From positions 32,001 through 96,000 of the forward strand of contig CAWEYG010000001.1 in NCBI GenBank assembly GCA_963813155.1: a stretch of 64,000 bases of DNA, in the 5' to 3' direction. The notes under the pieces were generated by a model. It was not told where the DNA came from and made no database searches. It saw nothing but the letters and a program-made list of their open reading frames with translations. This stretch comes from an uncultured Acidobacteriota bacterium (lineage in GTDB: Bacteria; Acidobacteriota; Thermoanaerobaculia; UBA5066; DATFVB01). Positions 1-10,325 of the stretch are shown in pieces (position 1 is the stretch's first letter; the number at the start of each line of letters is the position of its first letter). Made by a program: the position numbers and the translations under genes.

Positions 1-2
1 GA

Positions 3-338
3 TTTCCGATTCGCGACGAGGGGGACCGGCGCCTCGCGGCAGGCGTGCTCGCCGACCTCGGCGCCGCGTCGATCCTCCTCAAAGGAGGGCACACGAGCGG
101 AAATCAGATCAGCGACCTCTTCTTCGACGGCAAGCGATTCCTCGAGTTCCACAATTTCCGCGTCGCAACGACGGCCACTCACGGAACGGGCTGCGCGCTG
201 TCCTCCGCGATCGCCGCGAACCTCGCGCGCGGCGCGAAGCCCGCGGAAGCCGTGAAGAACGGAATCGAGTACCTGCGCGGCGCACTGAAGCGGGGAATCT
301 TCCCCGGCCAGGGCTTCGGAACCCCGGGACACTACTAG
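3..338 (+). CDS. thiD: Hydroxymethylpyrimidine/phosphomethylpyrimidine kinase, C-terminal part (5' truncated by window)
   Basis: ILLKGGH and THGTGCALSSAIAANLA motifs of ThiD; frame open from window start. Confidence 0.9.
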   Translation, partial: FPIRDEGDRRLAAGVLADLGAASILLKGGHTSGNQISDLFFDGKRFLEFHNFRVATTATHGTGCALSSAIAANLARGAKPAEAVKNGIEYLRGALKRGIFPGQGFGTPGHY

Positions 339-369
339 ACCGTCCGACGGGAGCTCGGCCGGCGCCACG

Positions 370-1194
370 TCACGGTTCGAACGACGAATTGAGCTCCCGA
401 GAAGTCACCGCGTCGTCTGCGAACGTGAACGTCCCCTGATCCCGCATTTCCCTCGCGGCGCGCAGAAAGGCGCCGAGCGCCGAGCGGGAAAGCGCGCTCC
501 CCACGCTGACGCGCCGCACGCCGATCTCGGAAAGCTCGGCGAGGCTCAGCCGGGCCCCCTGAAGCCCCATGACGACGTTCACCGGCCGATCCACGGAGCG
601 CACGACGGCCACAATCTCCTCGCGCGTGGTCAGGCCCGGCGCGTACAGTACGTCCGCCCCCGCCTCCTGAAACGCCTGAAGCCGACGGATCGTGTCGTCC
701 AGATCGGGCCGTCCCAGGAGATAGTTCTCGGCCCGGGCCATCAGCGTGAAGGAAAACGGGAGAGCTCGCGCGGCCGACGCGGCGGCGCGAACCCTTTCCG
801 CGGCGAGCGCGAGCTCGTAGATCGGCTCGTCCGTCCGACCCGAGTTGTCTTCGATCGAGCCGCCGACGACTCCCGCCTGCGCGGCGAGGCGAATCGCCTC
901 CGCAGCCGCCTCGGGATCGTGCCCGAAACCGTTCCCGAGATCGGCGCTGACCGGCAGGTCCGTCGCCGATGCGATCACGGCGAGGTGATCCATCGTCGCG
1001 TCGCGTCCGACCGTGTTGTCCCGCCGCCCCAGGGAAAATGCATGGCCGGCGCTCGTCGTCGCGAGCGCCTCGAAGCCGAGACCCGCGAGCAGGCGGGCGG
1101 TTCCGGCGTCCCACGGGTTCGGGATGAGAAACGCGGCGCTTCTCTCGTGAAGCGCTCGAAAGAGACTCGCCCTTTCCGACTGGGAGACCATCAC
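370..1194 (-). CDS. Isocitrate lyase/PEP mutase family protein
   Basis: PNPWDAGTAR, ALATTS, VSADLGNGF, GSIED and ARAE motifs. Confidence 0.9.
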   Translation of the reverse strand: MMVSQSERASLFRALHERSAAFLIPNPWDAGTARLLAGLGFEALATTSAGHAFSLGRRDNTVGRDATMDHLAVIASATDLPVSADLGNGFGHDPEAAAEAIRLAAQAGVVGGSIEDNSGRTDEPIYELALAAERVRAAASAARALPFSFTLMARAENYLLGRPDLDDTIRRLQAFQEAGADVLYAPGLTTREEIVAVVRSVDRPVNVVMGLQGARLSLAELSEIGVRRVSVGSALSRSALGAFLRAAREMRDQGTFTFADDAVTSRELNSSFEP

Positions 1195-2033
1195 GTCCTC
1201 CGGATTCCGGCCGGGACCGCTTCGGCCAGGTACATCATCCGCGAAACCGCGCCCCGCTCGGAGAGCGCGATGACCGTCTCGAGGTAGCTCCGTTGAGCTC
1301 CGTAACGCTCCGCGCCTTCGACTGCCTCGAGCTCGTCGCGATGGGCGATCCGCGATGCGAGGCGTCCCTTCGCCGACGCGATCAGCGCCTCCGTCCGGTC
1401 GGCGCTTTCGACGAGACGCAGGCCGGCGCCATCGAGAGACCGTTCGTTGAATCCCGGGGGCACGAACCGCGTGAAGCCGTGAATCGATCGCCGCGCCGTT
1501 TCGGCCTCCGACAGCGCTCCCGAGACGACGCCCGCGTCGGTGAACAAGAACCGTCCCCCCGGCGCGAGGATTCGCGCGACCTCGCGGAAGACCGCCGAGC
1601 GGTCCCGGAGATGAAGGACGACGTCGATCGAGACGGCCGCGTCGAAACTTCCGGAGGGAAACGGCAGCGGATCGTTCGAGTCGCCGACCCGCACGTCGAC
1701 CCGGCCGCCGAGGCCGAGCGAAACCGAGCGAGCCCTCGCGGACTCGATCGCCGCAGGGCTCAGATCGATGCCGGTCGCGCGGCAGCCGGCCTGCGCGGCG
1801 AGAAACGTCAGCGGACCGCCTGGACCCGAGCCCAGGTCCAGGAGCCGGCTGGACGCCGTCAGCCGCAGCCGGGGGATGTCGAGCATCAACTCTTCCGCGG
1901 TGACCCAGGAATGCTGCCCGATGTCCTGCCCGTATGCGTCCCGCCGATGCCGCCGCATGAGCGGCGTGTCGAACTGCTCGTACGAAAAATCGTAACCCCG
2001 GGCTTCCCCCGGGTTCGAATCCGACAAGGTCAC
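1191..2033 (-). CDS. Class I SAM-dependent methyltransferase
   Basis: LLDLGSGPGG motif I, GIDLS, FDAAVSID, RILAPGG. Confidence 0.85.
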   Translation of the reverse strand: MTLSDSNPGEARGYDFSYEQFDTPLMRRHRRDAYGQDIGQHSWVTAEELMLDIPRLRLTASSRLLDLGSGPGGPLTFLAAQAGCRATGIDLSPAAIESARARSVSLGLGGRVDVRVGDSNDPLPFPSGSFDAAVSIDVVLHLRDRSAVFREVARILAPGGRFLFTDAGVVSGALSEAETARRSIHGFTRFVPPGFNERSLDGAGLRLVESADRTEALIASAKGRLASRIAHRDELEAVEGAERYGAQRSYLETVIALSERGAVSRMMYLAEAVPAGIRRT

Positions 2034-2518
2034 CGCCCTTTCTTCCTAGTCACTGCGATGTCCCGCAGGTGCTGCCGGGCGTGCTCGCACTCGTCGGCGA
2101 GCACCTGTTCCAGCGAGCGGCGCCTGGGACGCGCCCCGGCGGAATCGACGAGCCGGACGGACCGCTTCATCCCGCCCGGCGCGGCGCGCGCGAGCCCCGC
2201 GACGTGGCCGCAAAGCGCTTCCAGCAATCGTAGGGCGGGCTCGAGCGGCGCCCGGCGGTAACCGAGATTTTTCACCCAGCGCGCGTCGGGATACATCCAC
2301 GACCAGTCGAACGTGCAACCCGGCTTGCCGAGGGCAGCGAGCGCGATCGTCGACGCGACGATGTTCGCCTCGACGAGATGGTGCGCGTACTCGAGGATCG
2401 AAAGCCCTTCCGAGCCGCCGCGCCGCCGGAGATCGCCCGCCGAAAGCTCCCCGACCGCCCTCCGGAGCTTGCGCGGGATCGCCTTCCACCGAGTCAGGGT
2501 CTTCCCCCGGCCTTCCAT
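2030..2518 (-). CDS. DinB/YfiT-like family protein
   Basis: SILEYAHHL and C-terminal EHARQHL histidine pattern; 4-nt overlap with next gene. Confidence 0.65.
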   Translation of the reverse strand: MEGRGKTLTRWKAIPRKLRRAVGELSAGDLRRRGGSEGLSILEYAHHLVEANIVASTIALAALGKPGCTFDWSWMYPDARWVKNLGYRRAPLEPALRLLEALCGHVAGLARAAPGGMKRSVRLVDSAGARPRRRSLEQVLADECEHARQHLRDIAVTRKKGR

Positions 2519-2536
2519 GCGACCTCTACAGGATTT

Positions 2537-3037
2537 TCACTTGGCGGGCTCGGAATCCGCGAGCCCCCGCCCGATCGAGCTCACGATCGGGATGGCGACG
2601 AACGGGATGTGGCCGATCAGTTGGATCCACCACCGAACGGTGATCGAGGGAGGCCGATGCGCGAGAAGCGGAATCACCAGGAGCGACATCACGATCCAGA
2701 TGAAGGGACCGAAGAGCGAGGCGACTTTCACCGTGCCAAAGGGACGGCCGAGAACGCTCCGGAGGCCCGGAGAAAGCGTCACCAGCCCGAGAAAGACGGC
2801 AGACCAGCCGAACGCCGTGCAGAAATGGAGGAAAACTCCGAAGAGCGACGCCGGGGTTCCGCCCTCGAGCGCCTGCGGGCCGAGCACGACGCTTGCGACG
2901 CCCCGCCAGAGCCGCCCGACCGTGGAGTGGTAGAACGCGACGGCGAGAATGCTCGAGAACAATCCGTCGCTGATGCCCGTCAGCAGGCCGGCCCGAACGA
3001 GCGTCGCGATTCCCCCGGTCCTCTGCACGGCGATCAT
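2537..3037 (-). CDS. Hypothetical membrane protein, about 4 TM helices (start may be GTG at 3028)
   Basis: Hydrophobic segments; TAGAAT 7 nt before GTG 3028. Confidence 0.7.
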   Translation of the reverse strand: MIAVQRTGGIATLVRAGLLTGISDGLFSSILAVAFYHSTVGRLWRGVASVVLGPQALEGGTPASLFGVFLHFCTAFGWSAVFLGLVTLSPGLRSVLGRPFGTVKVASLFGPFIWIVMSLLVIPLLAHRPPSITVRWWIQLIGHIPFVAIPIVSSIGRGLADSEPAK

Positions 3038-3055
3038 TCTAGTGCGCTGCAGCCC

Positions 3056-3397
3056 TCAGCGAACAAGCGGAAGGGAGCCGGTGATCGAATCGATCGCGGC
3101 CTCGTCCGCAGGGCCGATGCCCAGGCACGTCACCGTGCCGGGCGCGACGACGGTGCGTCCGGCATCGGCCACGACGTCCGCCGGGAGACCCGCGTCCACC
3201 GCCTGCCGGCGAAGAGCGAGCAGCTCGGCCGCCGTTCCGCAGCCGAGCACGACCTTCGCCATGCCGTCCGCGAGCCATGCCGTCTGCGCGGCCGCGGGCG
3301 CGGCGAGAAACGCGGCGAGTGACGCGTGCGCGACCTGCGACGCGAGCTTGCCCCGCGGAAGTTCCAGCGACTCGTTGACGACGATGACCTGCTTCAC
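3056..3397 (-). CDS. pth2: Peptidyl-tRNA hydrolase, Pth2 type
   Basis: KQVIVV, GKLASQVAHA, KVVL, DAGRT, GTVTCLGIGP; GTG start overlaps the upstream stop (GTGA). Confidence 0.85.
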   Translation of the reverse strand: MKQVIVVNESLELPRGKLASQVAHASLAAFLAAPAAAQTAWLADGMAKVVLGCGTAAELLALRRQAVDAGLPADVVADAGRTVVAPGTVTCLGIGPADEAAIDSITGSLPLVR

Positions 3398-4059
3398 GAT
3401 ACGGCTCGCCCGCCCGGGCGGCGAGTCAGGATGACATGGGTCGCCCGCTCGCCGGGCACCCACTTCGCGCATTCATAACCCAGCGCATGCAGATCGATGC
3501 CGTGGAAGAGGTTCTCTCCGGACCCGAGCAGGACGGGACGGAGGGCGAGGTGCAGCTCGTCGATCAGTCCGGCGCCCAGATACTGCCGGATCGTGGAAAC
3601 GCCGCCGCCCAGACGGACATCGCGGCCGCCCGCCGCGGCCTTCGCCTGCTCCAGAGCCGAGTGGATCCCTTCCGTGACGAATCGAAATTCCGTGCCTCCC
3701 GCCATCCGAAGAGGAGCACGCGCGTGGTGCGTCAGCACGAACACGGGCGTGTGGTACGGCGGCTCGTCGCCCCACCACCCCTTCCAGCTCTCGTCCGGCC
3801 AGGGGCCCCGAACGGGACCGAACATGTTGCGCCCGAGGATCCACGCGCCGAGCCCGGCCATGGCCTGCTCTGCGAAACCGTTGTCGACGCCGGTCTCTCC
3901 GCCCGGTTCGCCGTGCATCTTCTTCCAGACGCGCGTCTCGAAGAACCACTCCATTAGCTCCGGCCCCCGCACTCCGAGCGGATTCTGGAGATCCTGGTTC
4001 GGACCGGCGCCGTAGCCGTCGAGCGAGATCGCGAAGCTTTGGACGCGGAGTTTCGACAT
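3394..4059 (-). CDS. Dihydrofolate reductase/RibD C-terminal family protein
   Basis: ISLDGYGAGP, ILGRNMF, VFVLTH, GGVSTIRQYL, IDEL, PVLLGSG. Confidence 0.9.
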   Translation of the reverse strand: MSKLRVQSFAISLDGYGAGPNQDLQNPLGVRGPELMEWFFETRVWKKMHGEPGGETGVDNGFAEQAMAGLGAWILGRNMFGPVRGPWPDESWKGWWGDEPPYHTPVFVLTHHARAPLRMAGGTEFRFVTEGIHSALEQAKAAAGGRDVRLGGGVSTIRQYLGAGLIDELHLALRPVLLGSGENLFHGIDLHALGYECAKWVPGERATHVILTRRPGGRAVS

Positions 4060-4077
4060 CAGGACCCCCGCTGAAAC

Positions 4078-4458
4078 CTAGACATCGCCGGTCGGCACGA
4101 TCGCGGCCGTTTCGACCATGAGAATGACCGCTCGCTCCGGCGCGCGCGTGCGGTGCACGACGCCCCGGGGCACGACGAAGCCCTGCTGCGGACCGAGGTC
4201 GACGACCCGATCCTCCAGGTCGACGAGAAAACGGCCCTCCAGGACGAAGAAGAACTCGTCGTCGTTGTCGTGCTTGTGCCAGTGGTATTCGCCCTGCATC
4301 ACCCCGAGCCGGACGACCGAATCGTTGACCTTGCACAGCGTCTGGTTGTACCAGCGGTCCGTGACCGCGGCGAGCACCGAGGGGACGTCCACGACGGCGA
4401 GCGACGGGAAGAGGATGTTGAGAAAGGTTGCGTACGGGTACTCGGTCTTCTCATTCAT
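4078..4458 (-). CDS. Cupin domain protein
   Basis: GEYHWHKHDNDDEFFFVLEG and VVPRGVVHRT cupin motifs. Confidence 0.9.
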   Translation of the reverse strand: MNEKTEYPYATFLNILFPSLAVVDVPSVLAAVTDRWYNQTLCKVNDSVVRLGVMQGEYHWHKHDNDDEFFFVLEGRFLVDLEDRVVDLGPQQGFVVPRGVVHRTRAPERAVILMVETAAIVPTGDV

Positions 4459-4475
4459 GGGACTTCCTTTCGCGC

Positions 4476-4862
4476 TCAGCGGCCGACCTCGGTTCCCTTG
4501 GCCAGTTCCGCTTCCAGGTCTGTGGTGTCCAGCTCGAATACATGGTTGTCGTAGTCGAAGAAATAGAGAGCCGTATCGCCTCGAGCAAGAATGAACTCGT
4601 GATTCATTGCCTTCAGCCTTTCGGCGCAGGCCAGGAGAGTGGCTTTCGAAACCGAGAATGCAACGTGGTCACCGGTTCTTGGACGTTCCACGGGTGCTTG
4701 AACGAGCGCAAACCAGGTTCGGCCCAGCCGGACAAACGTTTCATCATGGCCTTCCGAATCGGTGCGCGATATGACCTTGCAATCGAACAACTCCCTGAAG
4801 AGAGAAGTTGTTCTGGCCGAATCTTGAACGACCAGGGCAACATGGCTTATTGCGTCGAGCAT
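4476..4862 (-). CDS. VOC-family protein resembling FosX fosfomycin hydrolase (alternative ATG at 4883)
   Basis: ISHVALVV, DHVAF and LYFFDYDNHVFEL parallel FosX motifs; lower GC than flanks. Confidence 0.7.
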   Translation of the reverse strand: MLDAISHVALVVQDSARTTSLFRELFDCKVISRTDSEGHDETFVRLGRTWFALVQAPVERPRTGDHVAFSVSKATLLACAERLKAMNHEFILARGDTALYFFDYDNHVFELDTTDLEAELAKGTEVGR

Positions 4863-4901
4863 GGGACCAGAATCACTCTTCATCGCTCGAAAATCATACC
4901 C

Positions 4902-5738
4902 TCAGCCCTGCTCATCCGCCTTCCCCCCTGCGATCGTTCTCCACTCCCCGTCCTTCTCGATGCTCCGGACCTTCAAGCCCGCGGCCCTCAGGCCCGCGAC
5001 GGCATCGGACTCCCGTTCATCGAGGATCCCGGACAGCACGACCACTCCGTTGGAAGAAAGAAGCTTCGCGATCGGCGGAATCAGCGGCGCAACTTCTTCC
5101 CAGATCATGTTCGCGAGGACGCGGTCGAACTCCCCCGCGAGACACTCGATGCCGCCGAGAAGCAGTGAGATCCGCGCGGTCGTCGGGTTGCGGATGAGGT
5201 TCTTTCTCGATTCGAAGACGGCCTCCGGATCCACGTCGAAAGCGACGCACCACCGCGCCCCGAGGCGCGCGGCCGCAATCGCGAGGATGGCCGTGCCGCA
5301 GCCGGCGTCCAGCACCCGCTTCCCCGAAATGTCCTCCTTCTCGAGGAATCGGAGGATCCCGCGCGTCGATTCGTGCAAACCCGTTCCGAAAGCTCCCGCC
5401 GCCGGAATGTGGAGGAACCGCTCCGCCGGGCCGGATCGCTCGCCCGGCTCGTCGCGCGCGTCGATCGTGAAACCGGCGATCGAAAACGGCTCCAGGCGCG
5501 CGCGGTACGAGGCGTTCCAGTCTTCGTCTTCGACGGCGCTCTCGGCGCTTGACGCGATCCCCCGCTCCCGCAACAATTCCCGGGCGGCGCGAGCCTGTTC
5601 GGCGGAGGAAAAGACGGCGACGAAGACGGGCCCGGCCTCGCCGTCCGCCTCGAAGCCCCCGGCCGAGGCGCACAGATAGAGGACCTCGGCGGCGCGCTCC
5701 GCGTCGCCGGCCGGAATCTCGATTCGCGAGAAGGTCAA
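4902..5738 (-). CDS. prmA: Ribosomal protein L11 methyltransferase
   Basis: EDEDW, AFGTGLHEST, VLDAGCGTAIL, VLSGIL; follows dnaJ. Confidence 0.9.
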   Translation of the reverse strand: MTFSRIEIPAGDAERAAEVLYLCASAGGFEADGEAGPVFVAVFSSAEQARAARELLRERGIASSAESAVEDEDWNASYRARLEPFSIAGFTIDARDEPGERSGPAERFLHIPAAGAFGTGLHESTRGILRFLEKEDISGKRVLDAGCGTAILAIAAARLGARWCVAFDVDPEAVFESRKNLIRNPTTARISLLLGGIECLAGEFDRVLANMIWEEVAPLIPPIAKLLSSNGVVVLSGILDERESDAVAGLRAAGLKVRSIEKDGEWRTIAGGKADEQG

Positions 5739-6823
5739 CCTTCGAAAATCTTCTTGACGCGCGCGAACGTCTTTTTCTTCGAGACGGGCGCGTCGATCAG
5801 CTTCGCGTAGCTTTCGAGCAGCTCGCGCTCTTCCTTGCGGGGAGATTTCGGGACGGCCACGTTCAGGCGGACGATCTGGTCGCCGCGGCCGGACGAACCG
5901 AGCCGGACGACCCCCTTCCGGCGCAACCGGACTTCCGACGCGGCGGGCGTGCCCGGCGCGATCGTGATCGTGTCCTCGCCCTCGAGCGTCGGGACCTCGA
6001 CTTCACCGCCGAGGACGAAAACGGGGAAAGGCAGCTCCATGTCGAGAATCACGTCGTCCCCTTCGCGATGGAAGAGGTCGTGCTCGGCGACGGAGAGGAC
6101 GACGTAGAGGTCCCCGGCCGATCCGCCGCGGGGCGCGGCGTTGCCCTCTCCCGTGAGGCGCAGGCGCGAGCCACTCTCGACTCCTCCCGGGATCTTGATC
6201 GTCAGCGTGCGCTCCGAGGGAAGCCGCCCCTCGCCCCGGCAGGCCGGACAGGGTTTTTCGATCCTCGTGCCCTCGCCCTGGCAGCCGGGGCAAGTGCGCG
6301 CCATCGTGAAGAATCCCTGGGAATACCGGACCTGGCCGCGGCCGCGGCACGTAGAGCAGGTGACCGGCTGCGAGCCCTTCTCGGCCCCCGTTCCCCGGCA
6401 TTCCCCGCACGGCTCGTAGCGCTCGATCGTGACCGGAGACTCCGTGCCGAACGCGGCGTCGGAAAACGAGAGCTCGAGATGCACGACGACATCGCTGCCC
6501 GAAGACTGCTGCCGGCCGAACCCTCCCCCGAAGAACTGGCCGAAGAGATCGGAGAAATCGGAAAAAATCGACGGATCGAACCCGCCCGGGCTGCCGCCTC
6601 CGCGCAGCCCGTCGTGGCCGAAACGGTCGTAGCGATCGCGCTTGTCGGGGTCGGAGAGGACCGAATAGGCCTCCGACGCCTCCTTGAACCTCTCGGCCGC
6701 CTCCGCGTCGCCGGCGTTCTTGTCGGGATGGAACTGGATCGCCAGCTTCCGGTATGCCGACTTCAGTTCCCCGGTCCCGGCGTCTCGGACGACGCCCAGA
6801 ATCTCGTAGTAGTCGCGCTTCAT
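5735..6823 (-). CDS. dnaJ: Chaperone DnaJ
   Basis: J-domain HPD, G/F region, four CxxCxGxG repeats. Confidence 0.97.
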   Translation of the reverse strand: MKRDYYEILGVVRDAGTGELKSAYRKLAIQFHPDKNAGDAEAAERFKEASEAYSVLSDPDKRDRYDRFGHDGLRGGGSPGGFDPSIFSDFSDLFGQFFGGGFGRQQSSGSDVVVHLELSFSDAAFGTESPVTIERYEPCGECRGTGAEKGSQPVTCSTCRGRGQVRYSQGFFTMARTCPGCQGEGTRIEKPCPACRGEGRLPSERTLTIKIPGGVESGSRLRLTGEGNAAPRGGSAGDLYVVLSVAEHDLFHREGDDVILDMELPFPVFVLGGEVEVPTLEGEDTITIAPGTPAASEVRLRRKGVVRLGSSGRGDQIVRLNVAVPKSPRKEERELLESYAKLIDAPVSKKKTFARVKKIFEG

Positions 6824-8643
6824 GCCGCGGAGCCCGACCGGGAATGGGAAAGCATGGCCTGGGTCAGCGCCCGCGCTCCCGCTTTCAGCGCGGTGATGGC
6901 CGCCTCGATCTGCGGCATCGAATCCGTGCTGCAGGCGTCGCGCGCGGTTTTCAACGCCTGGGAAATCTGCTCGCGGTCCTCCGGCGAGAGGAGCCGCCCG
7001 AATTCGGAAAACACTTTCTCGTTGGAGCGCAGCATCCCCTCCAGGCGCGTCCGGGCGACGCGCGCTTCGCGCCGCGTTTTGTCGGCGCCCTCGTTCTCCT
7101 GCGCTTCCTGGATCAGCCTTTCGATCTCCGCGCCGGAGAGGCCGCCGGCCGGTGTGATCTGGATTCCCTGCGCCTTCCCGGTGGCCTGGTCCTTCGCCGA
7201 GACGTTGACGATGCCGTTGGAGTCGATCGCAAACGTCACTTCGATCTGCGGAACGCCGCGCGGCGCCGCCGGCACGCCGACGAGATCGAACCGCCCGAGC
7301 GACTTGTTGTCCCGCGCGAGGCCGCGCTCCCCCTGAAGCACGTGGATCTCCACCGCCGACTGGTTGTCGACGACGGTCGTGAAGATCTTGGAGTTCTTCG
7401 TCGGGATCGTGGAGTTTCGCTCGATCAGCTTCTCGAAGATCCCGCCGTGGGTCTCGATTCCGAGAGACAGCGGCGTCACGTCGAGAAGGACGACGTCCTT
7501 GATCTCGCCCCGGAGGACGCTTCCCTGGATCGCCGCGCCGACCGCGACGACTTCGTCCGGATTGATGTCGCGCGAGGGCTCCTTTCCGAAGATCTCGGCG
7601 ACCGTCTGCTGGACGCGCGGGGTGCGGGTCTGGCCCCCGACCAGGATGACGGTGTCGATCTCACCCGGCTCGAGGTTCGCGGCCTTCAGGGCGTCGTGGC
7701 ACGGACCGGCGGTCCGGTCGATCAGGTCGCCGACGAGCCCCTCGAAGACCTTTCGCGTGAGCACGGTGTTGATGTGCTTGGGCCCCGACGGATCCGCGGA
7801 GATGAACGGCAGCGTGATCGAGGCCTCTTCCGCGGTCGAGAGCTCGCACTTCGCCTTTTCGGCGGCCTCCTTGAGTCTCTGCAGCGCCATCCGGTCGTTT
7901 CGCAGATCGATCCCGGTGGACTTCTGGAAGTCGCCGAGAAGCCAGTCCATGATGCGCTTGTCGAAGTCCTCCCCGCCGAGGTACGTGTCGCCCGAGGTCG
8001 ACTTGACCTCGTAGATGCCGTCGCCGAGCTGAAGAATCGAAACGTCGAACGTGCCGCCACCGAGGTCGTAGACGGCGACGATCTCGCTTCCCTTCCGATC
8101 GACGCCGTAGGCGAGCGCGGCGGCCGTCGGCTCGTTGATGATGCGCTTGACCTCGAGGCCCGCGAGCCGGCCCGCGTCGCGGGTCGCCTGGCGCTGCGCG
8201 TCGTCGAAGTAAGCGGGGACGGTGATGATCGCTTCCGTCACGTCCTCGCCGAGCGCCTCCTCGGCGAATTGCTTGAGCTCCATCAGGACGAAGGCGCTGA
8301 TCTCCTCGGGACTGTAGTCCCGGCCGCGCACCCGAATCTTCACGTCGCCGTTGGCGCCCTCGGCGATCTCGTACGGCAGCACCTCGCGGGCGCGGGCGAC
8401 TTCCTCGGCGCGGAACTTCCGCCCGATCAGCCTCTTCGTCGCGAAGATCGTGTTGACGGGGTTCGTGATCGCCTGGCGTTTCGCGATCTGTCCGACGAGA
8501 CGCTCGCCGTCCTCCGTCAGGCCGACGACCGACGGCGTCGTGCGCGCGCCCTCGCGATTCGCGAGAACGGAGGGATGCTGGAGCTCCAGCACCGCGACGC
8601 AGGAGTTCGTCGTGCCGAGGTCGATCCCGAGAATCCGCCCCAT
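6820..8643 (-). CDS. dnaK: Chaperone DnaK
   Basis: [46 protein letters not shown]. Confidence 0.97.
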   Translation of the reverse strand: MGRILGIDLGTTNSCVAVLELQHPSVLANREGARTTPSVVGLTEDGERLVGQIAKRQAITNPVNTIFATKRLIGRKFRAEEVARAREVLPYEIAEGANGDVKIRVRGRDYSPEEISAFVLMELKQFAEEALGEDVTEAIITVPAYFDDAQRQATRDAGRLAGLEVKRIINEPTAAALAYGVDRKGSEIVAVYDLGGGTFDVSILQLGDGIYEVKSTSGDTYLGGEDFDKRIMDWLLGDFQKSTGIDLRNDRMALQRLKEAAEKAKCELSTAEEASITLPFISADPSGPKHINTVLTRKVFEGLVGDLIDRTAGPCHDALKAANLEPGEIDTVILVGGQTRTPRVQQTVAEIFGKEPSRDINPDEVVAVGAAIQGSVLRGEIKDVVLLDVTPLSLGIETHGGIFEKLIERNSTIPTKNSKIFTTVVDNQSAVEIHVLQGERGLARDNKSLGRFDLVGVPAAPRGVPQIEVTFAIDSNGIVNVSAKDQATGKAQGIQITPAGGLSGAEIERLIQEAQENEGADKTRREARVARTRLEGMLRSNEKVFSEFGRLLSPEDREQISQALKTARDACSTDSMPQIEAAITALKAGARALTQAMLSHSRSGSAA

Positions 8644-9253
8644 CTCCGTCGTGCGCCGAGGCGGTCGCGACTTTGACGAAGGCCGGCCGCAGCAGCCGGT
8701 CGTTCAGGTAGTAACCCTTCTGGAGCACCTGGAGAATCTCGTTCGGGTCGCGGCCTTCGCTCGCGGCTCGCGCGACGGCTTCGTGGATGTTCGGGTCGAA
8801 CGGACCGTCGGTGGCGACCTCCGTCAGCCCGCGCTTCTTGAGGGCGTCGGTGAGCTGGCGGTAGATCAGCGTCACTCCTTCGCGGTATTCGTCGTCGGCC
8901 GCGTCGCTGTGGGCGAGCGCGCGCTCGAAATTGTCGAGGACCGGCAGGACGTCGCGGAAGAAATCCGCGAGCGCGAAGCGGAAATAGTCCGACTTCTCGC
9001 GTTCCGTCCGCTTCTTGAAGTTTTCGAATTCCGCGAGCTTTCGCAGCTGCGCGTCCTTGAGCTCCTGGATCTCGCGCTCGGAGGCCTCGAGCTTCGCGCG
9101 AAGCCCCTCCTCGCCGGCGGCCAGTTGCTCCGCCTCGTGCTGCGAAAGGATCTCTTCGAGCGACTCCGTCGGGGGCTCGACGATGACGACGTCGTCCTGC
9201 GGCGAATCTTCGTCGCGGTTCCCCGGATCAGGACGATCCCGGCGATCGGCCAT
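8644..9253 (-). CDS. grpE: Nucleotide exchange factor GrpE (no in-frame stop before dnaK; 3' end approximate)
   Basis: [46 protein letters not shown]. Confidence 0.9.
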
Positions 9254-10325
9254 CTTTGGGCTTCCCTCCTTCGGCTCCCTGCTCCAGTCTGGCGGAAAGG
9301 GTCCGACCCAGAAATTCTACCAGCGGAACGACCCTGGGATAAGACATTCGAAGCGATCCGATGATCCCGAGGACCCCCTGAGGACGGTGCTCTCCCCCGT
9401 ACCGCGTGACGACCGCCGAGATCGGCTTTCCCGACGTCAGGTGGCTTTCCGACCCGATGACGATCCGCGGGCCCTCCCCCTCGAGGCATTGGTCGAGAAG
9501 CTCGACGAGATTCGCCCTCTCTTCGAACGCCTGGTACACGCGCTTGATGCTCTCCGGCTGGGCGAACTCCGGACGGTCGAGCAGGAGCCGGGCTCCCTCG
9601 GTGTAGACGTCATTGGGTTCCGACGTGGACAGCGCGCGTCGCGCAAGGTCCAGCGTTTCGAAGAGGACCCGGTCGAACCGCGCCCGCTCCTCCTGCATCG
9701 CGAGGGTCACCCGGTTGCGCATCGCCACAAGGGTCGACCCTCCGAACTCCGCGGTGAGCTTCCTCCCGGCGCGCTCCAGGGCCGCGGCATCGAGGCGCCC
9801 CCCGGTGTCGATCAGTCGCGTGAAGACGAGATCCCCTTCCCCGACCTGGATCGCGAGGGCCTTGTCGCGGCCGATCGGCACGAATTTCAGCTCCCGGACG
9901 ACAGAATGCCTCGAATCGGGCGCGACGACGATGCCGATCTCCCCGGAGAGGCGCGACAACAGCTTCGAAACTGCCGGGTAGAGCAGATTCGGATCGTGTC
10001 CCGCCCCCGAGAGGTCGAGCGCGACGAGCTCTTTCGTGTTCGAGCTCACGTCTTTCGGCTTCATGAGGCTCCGCACGTAATGCCGGTACCCCTTGTCGGT
10101 CGGCACCCTCCCGGCCGACGTGTGCGGCTGGGTGAGATAACCGGCGTCCGTGAGGTCCGCCATCAGATTCCGAAGCGTCGCCGCCGAACTGTGGAATTTC
10201 GTCAGCTTCGCGAGCGAACGGGACGAGACGGGCCGGCCCGTTTCGGCGTGGATGCGAATGATCTCCCGCATGACCTCGCGGGCCCGTTCGTCCATCGGCT
10301 CCTGGGTTTTCGGGGAGGATTGCAA
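9228..10325 (-). CDS. hrcA: Heat-inducible transcription repressor HrcA
   Basis: PVSSR, ATLRNLMADL, QPHTSAGRVPTDKGYRHYV; TTG start with AAGGAG upstream (alternative ATG 10295). Confidence 0.95.
   Translation of the reverse strand: MQSSPKTQEPMDERAREVMREIIRIHAETGRPVSSRSLAKLTKFHSSAATLRNLMADLTDAGYLTQPHTSAGRVPTDKGYRHYVRSLMKPKDVSSNTKELVALDLSGAGHDPNLLYPAVSKLLSRLSGEIGIVVAPDSRHSVVRELKFVPIGRDKALAIQVGEGDLVFTRLIDTGGRLDAAALERAGRKLTAEFGGSTLVAMRNRVTLAMQEERARFDRVLFETLDLARRALSTSEPNDVYTEGARLLLDRPEFAQPESIKRVYQAFEERANLVELLDQCLEGEGPRIVIGSESHLTSGKPISAVVTRYGGEHRPQGVLGIIGSLRMSYPRVVPLVEFLGRTLSARLEQGAEGGKPKDGRSPGSS

Noticed and set aside
370-4900. Integron cassette array
   Set aside because: Spacers are too short for attC sites, several genes overlap, and there is no integrase.
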